From: Catajapyx aquilonaris | Lineage: Eukaryota | Length of the DNA stretch: 34,639 nucleotides | Direction: 5' to 3' | Assembly: GCA_000934665.2 (NCBI GenBank) | Contig: JYFJ02004115.1 | Location: 1-34,639 of the forward strand | Part shown: piece after piece, positions 1-11,386 of the stretch | How the letters are laid out: each line of letters starts with the position of its first letter | Position numbering within the stretch: the stretch's first letter is position 1 | Notes under the pieces: generated by a model | Databases searched by the model: none | The model's input: the letters and a program-made list of their open reading frames with translations, nothing else | Told to the model about the DNA's origin: nothing | Program-made: the position numbers and the translations under genes

Positions 1-16
1 AGAGAGAGAGAGAGAG
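1..16. repeat. (AG)n microsatellite, truncated by the window start
   Basis: AG x8 read directly. Confidence 0.9.
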
Positions 17-17
17 A

Positions 18-900
18 AGTTTCGAAAATAATAGTCTTAGAGATAGTCTTTCGACTGATTTCGAGTCGCAGTCGGCAAGAGAGGCGGATCGGACTCGAGA
101 AGTGCTCTCCCGAGGAAAATGGCAAAACGCAAGATTTCGAATTTTTTTGTGGGCAGTAGCATTGCCAAAGTCAGCAAACCAGCTGACGAGGAAGAAGAGG
201 AGTCTGCCAGCATAACATCAACACGGAGGAAGAAAGTGAATCCATCATTGATGTGATTTGTGTAGGCTATTATTGCAGTTCCGTGTCTAAAAAGAAGCAG
301 TTGGTAAAATACTAAAATATGCTTCTGAATTTATTGTGAAGCACATTAACGCTGTACACTATAACTATATGCGATTTTGTGCTATGGAACAGTAATGATA
401 TACAGGGTGTATCTGAACTCAGTGCCCCGACGTATATGACTGCCTTCCTAGCCACCAGAGGATCGATTTAAGTATAGGAGTCATTATGTCTGGCCGCCGC
501 ATTACTGAGATAATTGGCCGCAAACATGTAGTACAAAATATCCTGTCGGTTAGGCCACCCATCGAACCCTCCCCCAGGCTCTGGAAGGTCTGGGGGCGGG
601 AATTTGTTGGTTTGTTGCCCACAGGTGGTAAGGCCTCTGGCTAGTTACACCAGAAAATTCTATTTAAAAGTCATCAGGAGTGATTTGGCAAAAATCGCTA
701 AAGAGTGTATCTCAGTAATGAGGCTGCCCAGACATATGACTCCTATACTTAAATCGATCCTCTGGTGGTCATATACGAGTTCAGATACACCCTGTATAAT
801 AAAATAAAATAATGGCGACTAGACATACAGTTTTGGCGACCATGCTATACATATCAGGTGCCACTGGCGACCTGCCTATGTATCCCAATTTCGAACACTG
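18..900 (+). mobile_element. Right part of a putative non-autonomous hAT-like element, interrupted by a MITE
   Basis: Ends in TTCGAACACTG (reverse complement CAGTGTTCGAA, a hAT-type CAGTG terminus) after three TGGCGAC subterminal repeats. A short MAKRKISNFF... remnant near 119 resembles a transposase N-terminus. The left end is not visible. Confidence 0.35.
403..794. mobile_element. Tc1/mariner-type MITE
   Basis: TIRs CAGGGTGTATCTGAACTC / GAGTTCAGATACACCCTG, TA on both sides, and a long internal inverted repeat (CCACCAGAGGATCGATTTAAGTATAGGAGTCAT). Confidence 0.9.
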
Positions 901-1026
901 CTCGTAAGTCCATTTTCGCGCAAAATGGAGTTACGAGGTTTTGATCGCCGGCTGACGATATGAAAATTAACTTCTACTCATAATATTGCTATGACCAATT
1001 AAACCTATATGATTTAAATTTCTCAC

Positions 1027-1268
1027 CTAGAGTGTGAAGTGTGTATAAAAAGTCTGAGAAGAGTCTCTGTGGGTCCTCTTTTGGGTCAGGAATAGCTTTG
1101 ATCATTTCCTCAAACTCTTCTCCTGCGTAAATCTCGGAAGGGTCATGCCTGTGGTACTCAAGAAATTGCACTGCTGGAGTGACAATAGACAGGAGCTTCT
1201 CTTCAAGGCTGGATAGCGTTTGAGGTATGGCACACTCAATTACAACTTCCTTTGGAATGGCACAGTAC
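1027..1268 (-). CDS. Dcr-1: Dicer-1 coding exon (helicase region); gene continues beyond the window start
   Basis: ttgcag|G TAC... to ...CTA G|gtgaga. Encodes (R)YCAIPKEVVIEC...FLEYHRHDPSEIY...IPDPKEDP...LHTL(G), matching the arthropod Dicer-1 pattern RYC.RP.E...FL.DHRYDP.EIY...IPDPK.DP. Phases join with the neighbouring exon across a 74-nt intron. Confidence 0.93.
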
Positions 1269-1342
1269 CTGCAAAGGTGTCATGTCATGTAGAAACTCTT
1301 AAGCATCCTAAACTGAGAAGTTTAAATTCAGAAAGCTCTCAC

Positions 1343-1518
1343 CTTAAGACTGAGACAATGTCACTAGCAGTTTCTGCATTACAGCAAAATACACGTTCCA
1401 TCTTGTTGATCTGGTCCTCCAGCCTGCAGGGGTCACATGTACTGTTTAGAATGGGAGCTGTAAGAGCCAGAATCTTTGGGCTGTAGCACTGACTTGTTGA
1501 TTCCAGCAGTCGCATCAT
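1343..1518 (-). CDS. Dcr-1: Dicer-1 coding exon (helicase motif III)
   Basis: catcag|ATG ATG CGA... to ...TTA AG|gtgaga. Encodes MMRLLE...PKILALTAPILN...AETASDIVSVL(R). PKILALTA corresponds to Dicer PRILGLTA, and ETASDIVSVLR is characteristic of Dicer-1. Confidence 0.93.
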
Positions 1519-2099
1519 CTGATGTAGAATAAAAAAAAGTATAAGTAAGGTACAAAATGGAAACAAATAAAGTGATCCATTCAACCAAATATGGACACCG
1601 GTATGGTTATAATTAATTGAGAAATCACAATTCCACCTCTTCGGACTAGATCCATCTATCCATAGACCAAATCTGGTCGATATGAGAGTTACAGAAGCCA
1701 GTAGAAATCCCTAAGAGTATCCCCCATCTGACCAATTCAGACCCAACCACCATAATGGTTTGTTCAAAAAGCCACTTACTTTTACCAGTGAGAGGTACGT
1801 ACAAAGTGTTGAAGCAAAAGATGTAAACAAATCAATGGTACCCTTCCGCAAAACTTCTTTCAATAAAATTCTGCCACCTGCTTCAACTGTCTCATCGTGT
1901 CTACCAAATACCCAGAAAATAGAGAAGCAGTGGCATTGGGAAACAAGACCAATCGAGCCAGGCAGTGATTGGATTCAGGAAGTCACAGTAACTTACTTTC
2001 CTACTGGAAGTAAATTTTCTCTGCAAGCACTTCTGATTACCCATAAAATCATAAATCATAACCCAATCTTGTTGATCTTCGGGAGTGGGTAATGACAGG

Positions 2100-2230
2100 A
2101 ACTGGTACTACTCATTTTATGCCTGGGATTGGTTCCAGCAACGCAGCAGCATAAAGTGAATAGGCATAAAACAAGACAAAATTATTGTGTGAAGAAATGA
2201 GACAGGTTCCAAAATTTCCAAAACTTTCCC
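2100..2230 (+). repeat. Dispersed repeat fragment (Tigger/pogo-like left end); second copy at ~23668-23820
   Basis: Both loci share ...TTTTATG..GGGATTGGTTCCAGCAAC...AAAGTGAAT.GG..TAAAACAAGACAAAATTAT...AGGTTCCAAAATTTCCAAAA. Confidence 0.7.
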
Positions 2231-3179
2231 ACAGACAGTACTAATATTGCCATTTTCAATGCTGCATGTTTTAAACATTTAACACACGTTTAATTGGAGG
2301 TCCCAAGTTGAGGGTCATCAAGTTCCTAGGGTTCCTTTCCCTTCATTGTCAAGAACTGCAGTATGCGTAGGGTACTGTAACAATAGCTACAGTACTTTGG
2401 GGAGAGTCGAGTCGAGACCAATAATACAGTACTGTATACACTATATCAATATACCCTGCCACAATGCACCACAAAATCAAACCAATATGCGTCTATATTC
2501 TGCCGTACACTCGAAGAAAACCATAACTCAAAATCCACTTCCCTTGCGGTGAGAAAAGAAAGTAAGTGTTACCGAAAGCATCAAAGAGGTGGCGTTGGGG
2601 GAAGTGGGAAAGGAACGGGCACTCCAATTCCACCTGTTGGATGTGTTTTGTACCACTCTTTTTTTTCGCCGCAAGGGAAAGTGGATGTTGAGTTACGGTC
2701 TTCTTCGAGAGGACGGCAGTATTGTAGTGTGTTTGGACTCACAAGTGGTGCAGTGATGTGTTTTAGCTAATATTGTTTGGTTATTTTCAAATTTTTCATT
2801 ATTATTCGATTAAAATTTATGCAAAGCTCATTTTGAAACCTCATAAATTGAAGAAGCATAAAACGGGCAGTACATGGATACAGACTGATGGAGCAGGGAA
2901 CGCTGAATGAAAGCAAGGCAATTACTTGAACTGTAATGTCCAGTACTGTGACGAACATCTCAATGTTCTTGGGGTGCAGGGGGCCAAACGGTTTAAAATT
3001 AGGTATTGCGAATCATGACAATCGACCCTTTACTTGCCTAGCCTTTTTCTAATCTTCTATTCGCTCTTCCTGCTCTCTTCTTTCTCTTTTATTCTACACA
3101 CTTACCCAAGAGTCTGAAACCACCCACCCCCTTCGGAGGTATTGCAGCCACAAGAAGAAAAAAGGATAGGAACAGGATA

Positions 3180-3424
3180 GGGAGGCGCTAGGCGAGCGGA
3201 CTGTTTTGTTAATAGATGGCGCTCTGATAGTAAACAACAATGGGATGTGCCATAACCTGGCAACAACAGAGCCATCTAGAAACTAAAGTCCACCTCCTAG
3301 GATATGCACAGATAGTAAACAACGGTTCTGTTGTTGCCAGGTTATGGCGTATCGCGTATGCCATAACCTGGCAACAACTGCGCGATATCTATCAACAAAA
3401 CAGTCCGCTCCCCTAGCGCCTCCC
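3180..3424. mobile_element. Palindromic MITE-like element, unclassified
   Basis: ~35-bp inverted termini GGGAGGCGCTAGGCGAGCGGACTGTTTTGTT / AACAAAACAGTCCGCTCCCCTAGCGCCTCCC. The internal GCCATAACCTGGCAACAAC motif occurs three times (two direct, one inverted). Confidence 0.75.
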
Positions 3425-3867
3425 GCGTGACGCGTCTGAGCACACCCGTCCTTTTCTATGAACCCCCTCTAGATGGCGTTTCCGACCACGGGTGCATTGG
3501 TCAAAACTGATCGTCTCTGCCTCCCCTACACACCCTAGCAGTTTGTAAAGATAACTCGGAAACACCCTGTATGTACAAAACATTCTTCGGCCGTGGTTAG
3601 CAGTATCTAGCAGTGGGACGAAAATTCGACCCATTTTTTCGGACTTTATTTGCGAATGTTTTTTTGGCGTTGCACGGATAATCTGGACCAGGATAATAAG
3701 GAGTACAGTGTATTCACAACCGTCACTGTGCATGGTTGAATGCCACACTAATTTCACTGGTAAACCAATATTGCAGCTAATAAAACTTTATGAAAAAATT
3801 CAACAACATAAATTTCTACTAGTCACCTTGTGTGTGCCAAATCTATTGCAGTAGGCTACTTTATCAC

Positions 3868-3950
3868 AGTATTTATTTATTTATTCTATTTACGCTACCC
3901 TGTGATAGGGCCAGAGGCCCTTTTAGGGGGCTGGTATACCATCATTTTTT
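3868..3950 (-). mobile_element. 5'-truncated retroposon: isolated type-1 3' tail
   Basis: Minus strand reads ATGATGGTATACCAGCCCCCTAAAAGGGCCTCTGGCCCTATCACAGGGTA followed by (TAAA)n, the same tail as the SINEs at 12851, 13892, 19679 and 24551. Confidence 0.7.
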
Positions 3951-4639
3951 TCCTAAATTTTCTGCATTATTTCGAACGACACACTTCCAGCTTTCACACT
4001 GGCCTTACCGTTTGTCTCTAAGAAAAACTGCTTATACCCTCGGAATCAGGATTTTTTGCCCGATTTTTAGAACCCAACTTGTATTTTGAGTGGAGTGTCC
4101 CTTTAATTACAATTGAATTTCACCCATCCCCATGAGACGGACTAACCCCAACCAATTGACTGGTTTCTTACAATATTGATCTCACCCAGAAGAAGAATAG
4201 TTTTCGACAGTTTTACCTGCCTGTTTTACATTACCTATTACAGCACCCATCTTGGAAAAATGGCGGCAAAAACAGTTATTTTTGCTTTATTTTTTGAACA
4301 GTTAATATTATCAAAATTTAAAATGGCGACAAGTTAACCTTCGTATCATGCTGAACCACTACCCACAACATATCAAAATTAACACAGAATTTTAGCGAAA
4401 CATTTTTTTTGAACAATCCCGCCTGGGTTGCGACTGAGTTCCTGGGTTTTTCCGGTTTTTCCCTGTCTACTCCCCCACCCCCCCGCCCCGGCCCCCCTCC
4501 TGACCACCACCAAAATTCTTCCAAACCCTTTTGAGGATTAAGCTTGTTGGGAAGTGGGGGTGGGGCATTTTGGTGGTGGAGTGGCGATGGAAAATCCATG
4601 AACTAGGTACCTAAACTGTCCATCCATTCTTTGGTTTTC

Positions 4640-4765
4640 GGAATATTTTTGTACTTTCCCGACATTTTGTCATTTTCTTTGAAATCCCGACTTTTTCAAG
4701 GTCAGGAATAAGCAAATACGAATTCCCGACATTCTTAAGAGTTTCCCGACAGTGTGGGAACCCTG
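4640..4765. mobile_element. hAT-like element right end
   Basis: Four TCCCGAC subterminal repeats followed by the terminus TGGGAACCCTG (reverse complement CAGGGTTCCCA). Confidence 0.5.
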
Positions 4766-5474
4766 AAGGTGCGACAGCAGCGGACATTCACCGCCGTCTT
4801 GTGGCTATGTGTGGATAAGTGCTGGCTCCAGGCTGCAGAACAGTTTACGACTGGATCCAGGAGTTCAAGGCAGGCCATGCCACAGTGGAAAAAGGGGTTA
4901 GTGCAGGCAGACCGTCGACTTCTCAAACAGCTGTCATGGTGGGGAAGGTTAACGACTTGATTATGGAAAATCGTCGAATCACATTCGATGAACTGGAACT
5001 TGACACTGGCCTAGGTCGGGCCACCTTGCATGTCATCATGCATGATGATCTTGCTTTAAAAAAGTGTGCGCGCATTGGGTTACGCGTGATCATACCCTGC
5101 AGCAGAAAGAGGTGCGAGTCCAGAGGTGCCGAGAGTTACTGGAAGCTCGAGCTCGGTTACACTGTGTTGTCACACCCACCCTATTCCCCGGACCTGGCAC
5201 CTTCTGACTATGGACTTTTCGACGTGATGAAGGAACCCCTCCGTGGACGAAGATTTGCCTATGCAGATGAGCTCCAAGGAGCTGTCCATGACTGGGTGGT
5301 GAGGGCACCAAAAGAATGGTTCCAAGAGACGACCATGAAGTTGCCAGGAAGGTGGCAGCGGTGCATCGACCTCGGTGGAGAATACATTGAGGCAGCCCAA
5401 GTGTGATTCAGCCTCTGCTAGTACATGTAGTGGCCAAAAATATTCGAGTGCGGATCATTTCCAAGCGACCCTCG
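4766..5474 (+). mobile_element. Internally deleted mariner (DD34D-type) transposon; ORF 4819-5406 is a non-functional HTH + C-terminal fusion
   Basis: HTH region (TVYDWIQEFKAG...GRPST...IMENRRIT) is joined to HPPYSPDLAPSDY...LPGRWQRCIDLGGEYIE, with the central catalytic region missing. Right terminus ...GCGACCCTCG + TA at 5475-5476. Confidence 0.9.
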
Positions 5475-6260
5475 TATGTAAAAGGAGCAAGCACAAACAT
5501 TACTTTGATTGTTCATAATAAAACTTACAATCAATTTCTTAAATTACTGGTTCTGTGCCTTGACTATCAGGGTGATGTGTTGCAAATCAAAAGTTTGACC
5601 ATGAAAGCATGTGAGAAGTAATGCATATCCAGGGCCTCAGATTCCCTTTCAATATTTTTGCAAAGCAACAGCATCTGGAGGCAGGAAATCCATGGATTGG
5701 GAAATATTGTGAGTGTCAGATATTTAAAATGATGGAAAAATTAATATGCAGGTATCATACATTTTTAGATAATCATGTTATCTTGAGTCATTGTTTAGTT
5801 CAGGCAGGGCCTCAACCTCAAAAGTAGACACTTTCCCATAAAAACAATTTCATAAACACTTCATAAATCTGGTGTATACATTTGTATTAATCCTATTTGA
5901 CAATCCACAAACCATCCATAAATCCAGTGTGCACGACTGGACATCACAGCAGTGCCTTGGAAATTTTCCGACGTGAGAGGCACAAGTGGAGAAAACTTCC
6001 AATGGACTGTCCAGCAGTGTATACATAGTCTCATGGAGTTATGTCTTCCTTGCACACAACTTTCATAAATGGGATACCAAAAAGAAGCATACAAATAGCC
6101 TGATGTTCTTGTCTCAGCTGGTGTGTATAAGGCCATTTGCAATCAATCCAGCTGTTTCCTCAATATGCACTCTTCACATGTTAAATTTCTCACAAGACAG
6201 TGCATGTTCAACAAAAGAAATTACCGCATGACGTAGATTAGGTCAAGCATTAGGTCTTAC

Positions 6261-6386
6261 TTTTCGTGTTGGTTGGTCATTTAATGCTTCATGGCAGTTG
6301 TCTATAATCAAGAGGTTGATATCTTTGAAGGTGATACACTCTTCTTCCAGAAGCTTGGTGACGTTGGATGAATTCGTTACCAGCAC
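6261..6386 (-). CDS. Dcr-1: Dicer-1 coding exon (degenerate DExH box)
   Basis: tttaag|GTG CTG GTA... to ...CGA AAA|gtaaga, 42 codons: VLVTNSSNVTKLLEEECITFKDINLLIIDNCHEALNDQPTRK. Preceded by a 72-nt intron, phase 0 at both ends. Confidence 0.9.
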
Positions 6387-6458
6387 CTTAAAAAAATATT
6401 TGCCTTATTAGATCAAAATGTTGTCACAACCTTGAAAAGAGTAAAATGAAAAAAATAC

Positions 6459-6806
6459 CTGTGCCTTCAAACTTTCTTCCACCCACTCTTCCTTTCCCAC
6501 ACTGCTATCCTTGTTGAAGTGCTTGACAGTCAGATCAGTTAGTCTCTGCACAAAAGCTGCCAACTCTCCCAAATGCTCCTCTTGTGCGACTATCACTGTC
6601 TTCTTGGAACTCCTCCCTCTCCCAGTGGGCCTCCGCAACTCGTGTGCCATCTCCCGGATTAACATGACTGCTACAAAGTGCTTGCTAGAACTGCATGCCA
6701 GACAAACCAGTACATTACGGCTTTTGGCTGAATTCAGGAGCTCCACTTGGTACTCTTGTGGGGTAAATATGCGAGTATGGATGTTGTCCGACAGATGGGT
6801 GCCCAT
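6459..6806 (-). CDS. Dcr-1: Dicer-1 first conserved coding exon (N-terminal helicase)
   Basis: MGTHLSDNIHTRIFTPQEYQVELLNSAKSRNVLVCL...SSKHFVAVMLIREMAHELRR resembles insect Dcr-1 N-termini (DN.HT..FTPR.FQVELL..A..RN.I.CL...SSK.FIA). An acceptor tttctatttag lies immediately before the ATG and the donor is CAG|gtattt. Confidence 0.93.
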
Positions 6807-7159
6807 CTAAATAGAAAAATTGATCAGTTAAAAATTTGTCATTTCCCTGTCTGAACATACAGGCCTACAGTTCACACAGAAAAGTACAGAGAGAGCCCTT
6901 TCCTGTCACATAATGGCATACAAGCATCACCAACTATTATGCATGTGATTGACATGGACAGATGAGAAACTATCGAGTAAACCTGTTCAAAATGCAGGAC
7001 ATTTAACTTCTTTTTCAATGGCAGCAATAGGCTTCAAAATAATGTGTACATTACAGCCTGTTGATGTATTAAATTAATTGACCAGCAGCCTAGTAAGACA
7101 GAACTTTTTGAGGTGATAATAACAGATCCCTATGAAATTGAGCATGCTAATAAAAAACA

Positions 7160-7447
7160 ATATAATTATGACAACCGACAATAAAGCAATTTGGGCTGAA
7201 CTACATATTTGCAAACGTTATGTGTGAAAGTGCCAAAAATAGTACATTCCCATATAGAATGGTATTTAGTTAGTGACCACAATAAAACTGATGACAGACT
7301 TCCATCTCATTGAACTGTATGTGGTGGCTAACTAAATCCCATTCTACATGTACTATATTTGGCACTTTGACACACAACTTTTGCAAACAGCATTTATGGC
7401 TCAGCACAAAATGACTTCATTTTCATCAATCATATATCTATAATATT
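7160..7447. mobile_element. Degenerate palindromic MITE
   Basis: Long imperfect inverted arms (TTTGCAAA..TGTGTGAAAGTGCCAAA..TAGTACAT..TAGAATGG.ATTTAGTTAG..ACCACA and its reverse complement). Confidence 0.7.
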
Positions 7448-7456
7448 AAAATCCTA

Positions 7457-7750
7457 TGCGCCCACGGATGTTATGGTCCCGGGTTCGATCCCAGCCCGGG
7501 GACACCCCCTTCATCTCGTGCAGAGTTAGGGTCACCTCTGGCTTCATCTCGGGTGGTATTTCCTACAGACTAAACCACCCGGGGGAGTTCACTAAAAATG
7601 GCCACGTTTAAGACATCGCACTGCACCTTGCACATCCCCTCCTGTCATCCTGCCCGTGGGCCTGGGCGCTTCAATAATTAGGTTCCAAATATGTACATCG
7701 TACAAATAAAGGTCCGTGCTACATGCCGAGAAGGCCAAGCACTACCCGGA

Positions 7751-7818
<68 letters not shown>

Positions 7819-7841
7819 TTCTTCTTATTATTATTATTATA
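7457..7841 (+). mobile_element. tRNA-derived SINE family A (5'-truncated), type-2 tail with (ATT)n microsatellite
   Basis: B-box GGTTCGATCCC. Body shared with the 12851, 16801 and 23822 copies. Tail AATAAAGGTCCGTGC...GCAC then (ATT)n at 7751-7841. Confidence 0.88.
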
Positions 7842-8422
7842 TTAAAATCCTATTCATGGTGTTTGGTTGTGCCCTCTGATTGGTCCACCGCATATTGGCC
7901 CCAGACAGACAGGCCATGTTGAGAGGCGGCTCATCTCGGTCACGGCTCAGAATGGCCGCGGCTCGGCCACTGCGCAGGAGATACCCGTCCAGACTAGACA
8001 ATGTACAGGGTGTCCACAAATGATGGGGCCAAAGTCAAAGAATTCTAGAAAATGCAACGTACAAGGTACAACTCCCGTACATATCTCATAGCAAAGAGGA
8101 AGGTTGAAAGTTTTTTTTGACGTATCTCACCACATGAAATGATTAGTGCCGTGCCATCTAGGAGTTAAAAATAGTGTCGGTGGAGGTAAAGGCATGGTGC
8201 GTGCTGCACAGGTTAATGCCACAGCTGCAAGAAGATGTCCCGGATTTCATCTTCCAACAAGATGGAGAGCCTCCGCATTTCCATCTCCCCGTCCGCGACT
8301 ACCTGAATCGGCTACTGCCTCAAAGGTGGATCGGGGCGTCCCACTGACAGTGATGCAGTGTTCCGGGCTTGGCCACCCCGTTCACCGGATTTGACGCCGT
8401 GTTATTTTTTTGTGGGGGTACA

Positions 8423-8549
8423 CCCTGTAATGCCCACTGGGTCATATCTGGCACACAATTTAGTGCAATTTTTGCAATTTATATATTTCCTGTAAGTGCC
8501 AAATTGCACTAAATGGTGTGCCAGATATGACCCAAGGGGCATTACAGGG
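8423..8549. mobile_element. piggyBac-like palindromic MITE
   Basis: CCCTGTAATGCCC / GGGCATTACAGGG termini with TTAA on the right (left target site degraded). It splits the WG.VKD coding remnant of the host element. Confidence 0.8.
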
Positions 8550-8674
8550 TTAAGGATGCAGTGTTTGTGCCACCCCTCCCGAGATCTTCGGCCGCACTGA
8601 AGCACCGCATCACTTCTGTCGTGGCTTCCATAACGCCGGACATGGTACAATGCACCTATTTCCGGTTAAACACC

Positions 8675-9045
8675 TCGCCGGTTTATTACTACATAGTTCT
8701 AACTCCAAGTAGTGACTTATGAGGTGCAACTCCCCATTGCCACTTTTCGTTAGTGTTATGAAGTTCTAACTCGGGAGTTAGACTTTTGTGATTCTGAAAA
8801 AATTCAAATTAGGTGATTTAAAAGGTTCTAACTCCACCAATGTTGCTGCTGTTACAGACAACGACAATGACATTGGCACAGTGAAACACAAAATATGAGT
8901 AGGGTATGTAAGCCCCAGTATTGCAAAAATTAACTCATTACGTTTGAATGTTCATGGTCTAATTGTTGTACTGTGCAAACTTTGGATTCAAATATCTCCG
9001 CTTCATCAAAAGTGGAGTTAGAACTATGTAGTAATGAACCGGCGA
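8675..9045. mobile_element. MITE, unclassified
   Basis: TIRs TCGCCGGTTTATTACTACATAGTTCTAACTCCA / TGGAGTTAGAACTATGTAGTAATGAACCGGCGA, with internal GTTCTAACTC repeats. Confidence 0.85.
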
Positions 9046-9639
9046 CTGCCGTGTCACACCCGGTGCTCATATCAAGGGTTTGTATGTATGTAAAAAAAAC
9101 TTTCAACCTTCCTCTTTGCTATGAGATATGTACGGGAGTTGTACCTTTTATGTTGCATTTTCTAGAATTTTTTTACTTTGGCCCCATCATTTGTGGACAC
9201 CCTGTATTTACTAATGTTGCCGGTAGGGGTAGATGGCGACCGAGAAAACAAGTGACGACTCATATGCGGCTTCCCATCTCGCCTGCCAAAGATGGAGGTC
9301 GAAGATGCTGTTGTTGCCTTTTGCACTTTTCTTCCATTCAGTTCCTGGTCCATGGTTTTTCCTGGCTCTCCTGCACTCACACTACACCATTCAAACATGT
9401 GCGGGTGCGTGCAAGTAGAGGCGGTAGAGGTTGTGAATTTCCATTAATACATTATTAATTGGGAGTAAAAAATCCAGCAGGTACTGGTATGTTGAGGTGG
9501 ACAAATGCATATTCCCAGATGGGTCGCAACGGAATCACAGATATATGAATGCACAGAGGAACAGATGGGGGTGGGGGTTATGCATATGATTGGGGGATGC
9601 TCATCATCACTGGCTATAAGCCCGAAGTGATTAAAAATA

Positions 9640-9742
9640 TGGTGCCCACCGCACGCCACAGGCCTAAAAAAACGTGAGCGAAACAAGTGGTTTTCTACGC
9701 CTGCGCCATAGAAAAATGCGAGCATAGTGAGATTTTTTCTAG
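9640..9742 (+). mobile_element. Possible Helitron-like 3' end
   Basis: GCGAGCATAGTGAG...TTTTTTCTAG|T resembles a degenerate Helitron 3' terminus; the 5' end was not identified. Confidence 0.3.
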
Positions 9743-10075
9743 TCGGCCTTTATTAGCATGTTCAGTTTCACCTGGATCTGTTATTATCATCTCAGAAAGT
9801 TCCCTTGTGAGTCACCAATGCAAATTAGTGTTGAGAAAGTGGAAGGCAAAATTATCTGGCCTTCAGCCATAACAATTGTCATAGCCATTAATTACTTGAG
9901 ATTTGAATATTCCCCCATCACAGTATATTTCTCTTTGGAACAAAGCACTTGAGAGCAAAACATTTTGGAGTTGGGAGATTGTAATGCCATGATATAGCAA
10001 CATGCTCATGAAGCCCCCTGCAACTCACTCTAGTTTTCTGTGTGCTTAACGAGTCTCCACATACCTGGATGTGAC

Positions 10076-10684
10076 GCACTGTACCAAATCGTATTCGGGC
10101 GGATGACTTCTGAACCATTCTGAACCTATCTCAACCGTCGGACATTCAGCCCCAGTCTGCAGATTAGCGCACCTTTTGCCCCAATGTGATTTGGAACTGT
10201 GCAAATTACATTCGGGTGGATGGTGCTCTAATATGCGGATGGGGGCTGAATGTGAATTGACGGTTTAGATCAGCCCCCGCGCAACTCCCAACCTAGCCTT
10301 ATGGTGATGGTAGTTAATATAAAAGTCCCTGGCAGCCTGGAATTTGGTGCTGGCGGCACTCCAGCTGGGACCTAGTCTCACTTGGGCGTCGCCTACTGAA
10401 CCGTTCTGAACCAATCCAAACCTAAACCACTGCAGAGCTCTCTTGGGATAGGTAGGCCAAGGGCGCTGGACTTTTATAAACATGACACACCGCACAGCAT
10501 AGTGGCATCGAGCAGCAGATTCGCCCGCCACGCCCAAGTGAGTCTGGGTCCCCGCTGGAGCGTCTGCAGTGCCAAGGCGGAGACTTACTAAGTACTCTTC
10601 CGTATCAGAGGAGTTGTGGGAGCTGGTTTCGATACGTACAGAACGGTTCAAAAGTAGTCACCAGAATGCGATTTGGTACAGTGC
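10076..10684. mobile_element. MITE with a nested small palindromic element (10142-10253)
   Basis: TIRs GCACTGTACCAAATCGTATTC / GAATGCGATTTGGTACAGTGC extending ~60 bp. The inner element is ACATTCAGCCCC...GGGGCTGAATGT. Confidence 0.8.
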
Positions 10685-11333
10685 TCGATTGCAGCGCCAA
10701 TTCTGAGGTGGTGGTGGACTTGTTAGGAGCACAGCTGTCCCCATAAGGCTAGAGCGGGAGTTGCGGGGGGCTGCACTGACATGACAGGGGAATATCAAAC
10801 TGAAATACGATATTACAATACCCTAATGCCATTAATTCAATATTCAATGTCTCTTCTGGTAAATTACTGGAAAAATTTGGTTTGGCTGCGGCCATTACGG
10901 CAACAAAAATCATCGGTCTATTCGGATATGGCCTGTTGTAGTCCTGGTGCAGCACCAGTGCACAACCTAGCTACACTCGATTCATTATTCTGGTGCATGC
11001 TCTGGTACACGCTCTTATTGGTGAGTGCAAGGCTGGTGTGTGTGGTGTAAGGTGTCCTCACTCTGGCTTGCACGGTGACATTACAACTACACCACCTGAT
11101 ACACAAATAGACCTACTGTATGTCCACTAATGTTCACTCAGCACCATAATTTTGACACTTCTACTTTAACACATGCACAGGGTCTCAGCAAGTTAATCGG
11201 CTTTTTAAAACACATTCTCCTGAACATTCAGTTTTAACATTTTCTGCCTGAAGTTCTCTGTAAAACTAACAGTAACTTGACAAAATGTTTCACTTGATTT
11301 CTCGGAAGCTGCATGTACAGCAAGGTACTTTAC

Positions 11334-11386
11334 CTTGGAGGAAGTCTGTTGTCTTAACATAATGTCATCAAAGGAACGTCTTGAGT
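11334..11386 (-). other. Dcr-1: Candidate upstream exon of Dicer-1 (53 nt; ATG at 11360 would add MLRQQTSSK in frame)
   Basis: Strong acceptor ttttttttttcag and donor AAG|gtaaag. The phase-0 junction to the ATG at 6806 is in frame, and that ATG sits directly after an acceptor, so an upstream exon is expected. Confidence 0.55.

Larger units (their letters stand above)
8006..9204 (+). mobile_element. Non-autonomous Tc1/mariner-superfamily element with transposase remnants and two nested MITEs
   Basis: ~120-bp TIRs CAGGGTGTCCACAAATGATGGGGCCAAAGT..., TA on both sides. Frameshifted FQQDG..PPHF, WPPRSPDLTP and FLWG.VKD motifs at 8250-8650. Confidence 0.9.

Noticed and set aside
1600..2100. Extra Dicer exon or separate gene (ORF 1760-2092)
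   Set aside because: Exon 6261 joins exon 1518 in frame with contiguous helicase motifs, and I recognised no protein in the frames I read here.
4819..5406. Active or domesticated mariner transposase
   Set aside because: The central catalytic region is deleted, the 5' end is frameshifted and the left TIR is missing.
7691..7922. Poly-Tyr and poly-Ile ORFs (and the poly-Asn ORF at 28864-29109)
   Set aside because: They are translations of trinucleotide microsatellites.
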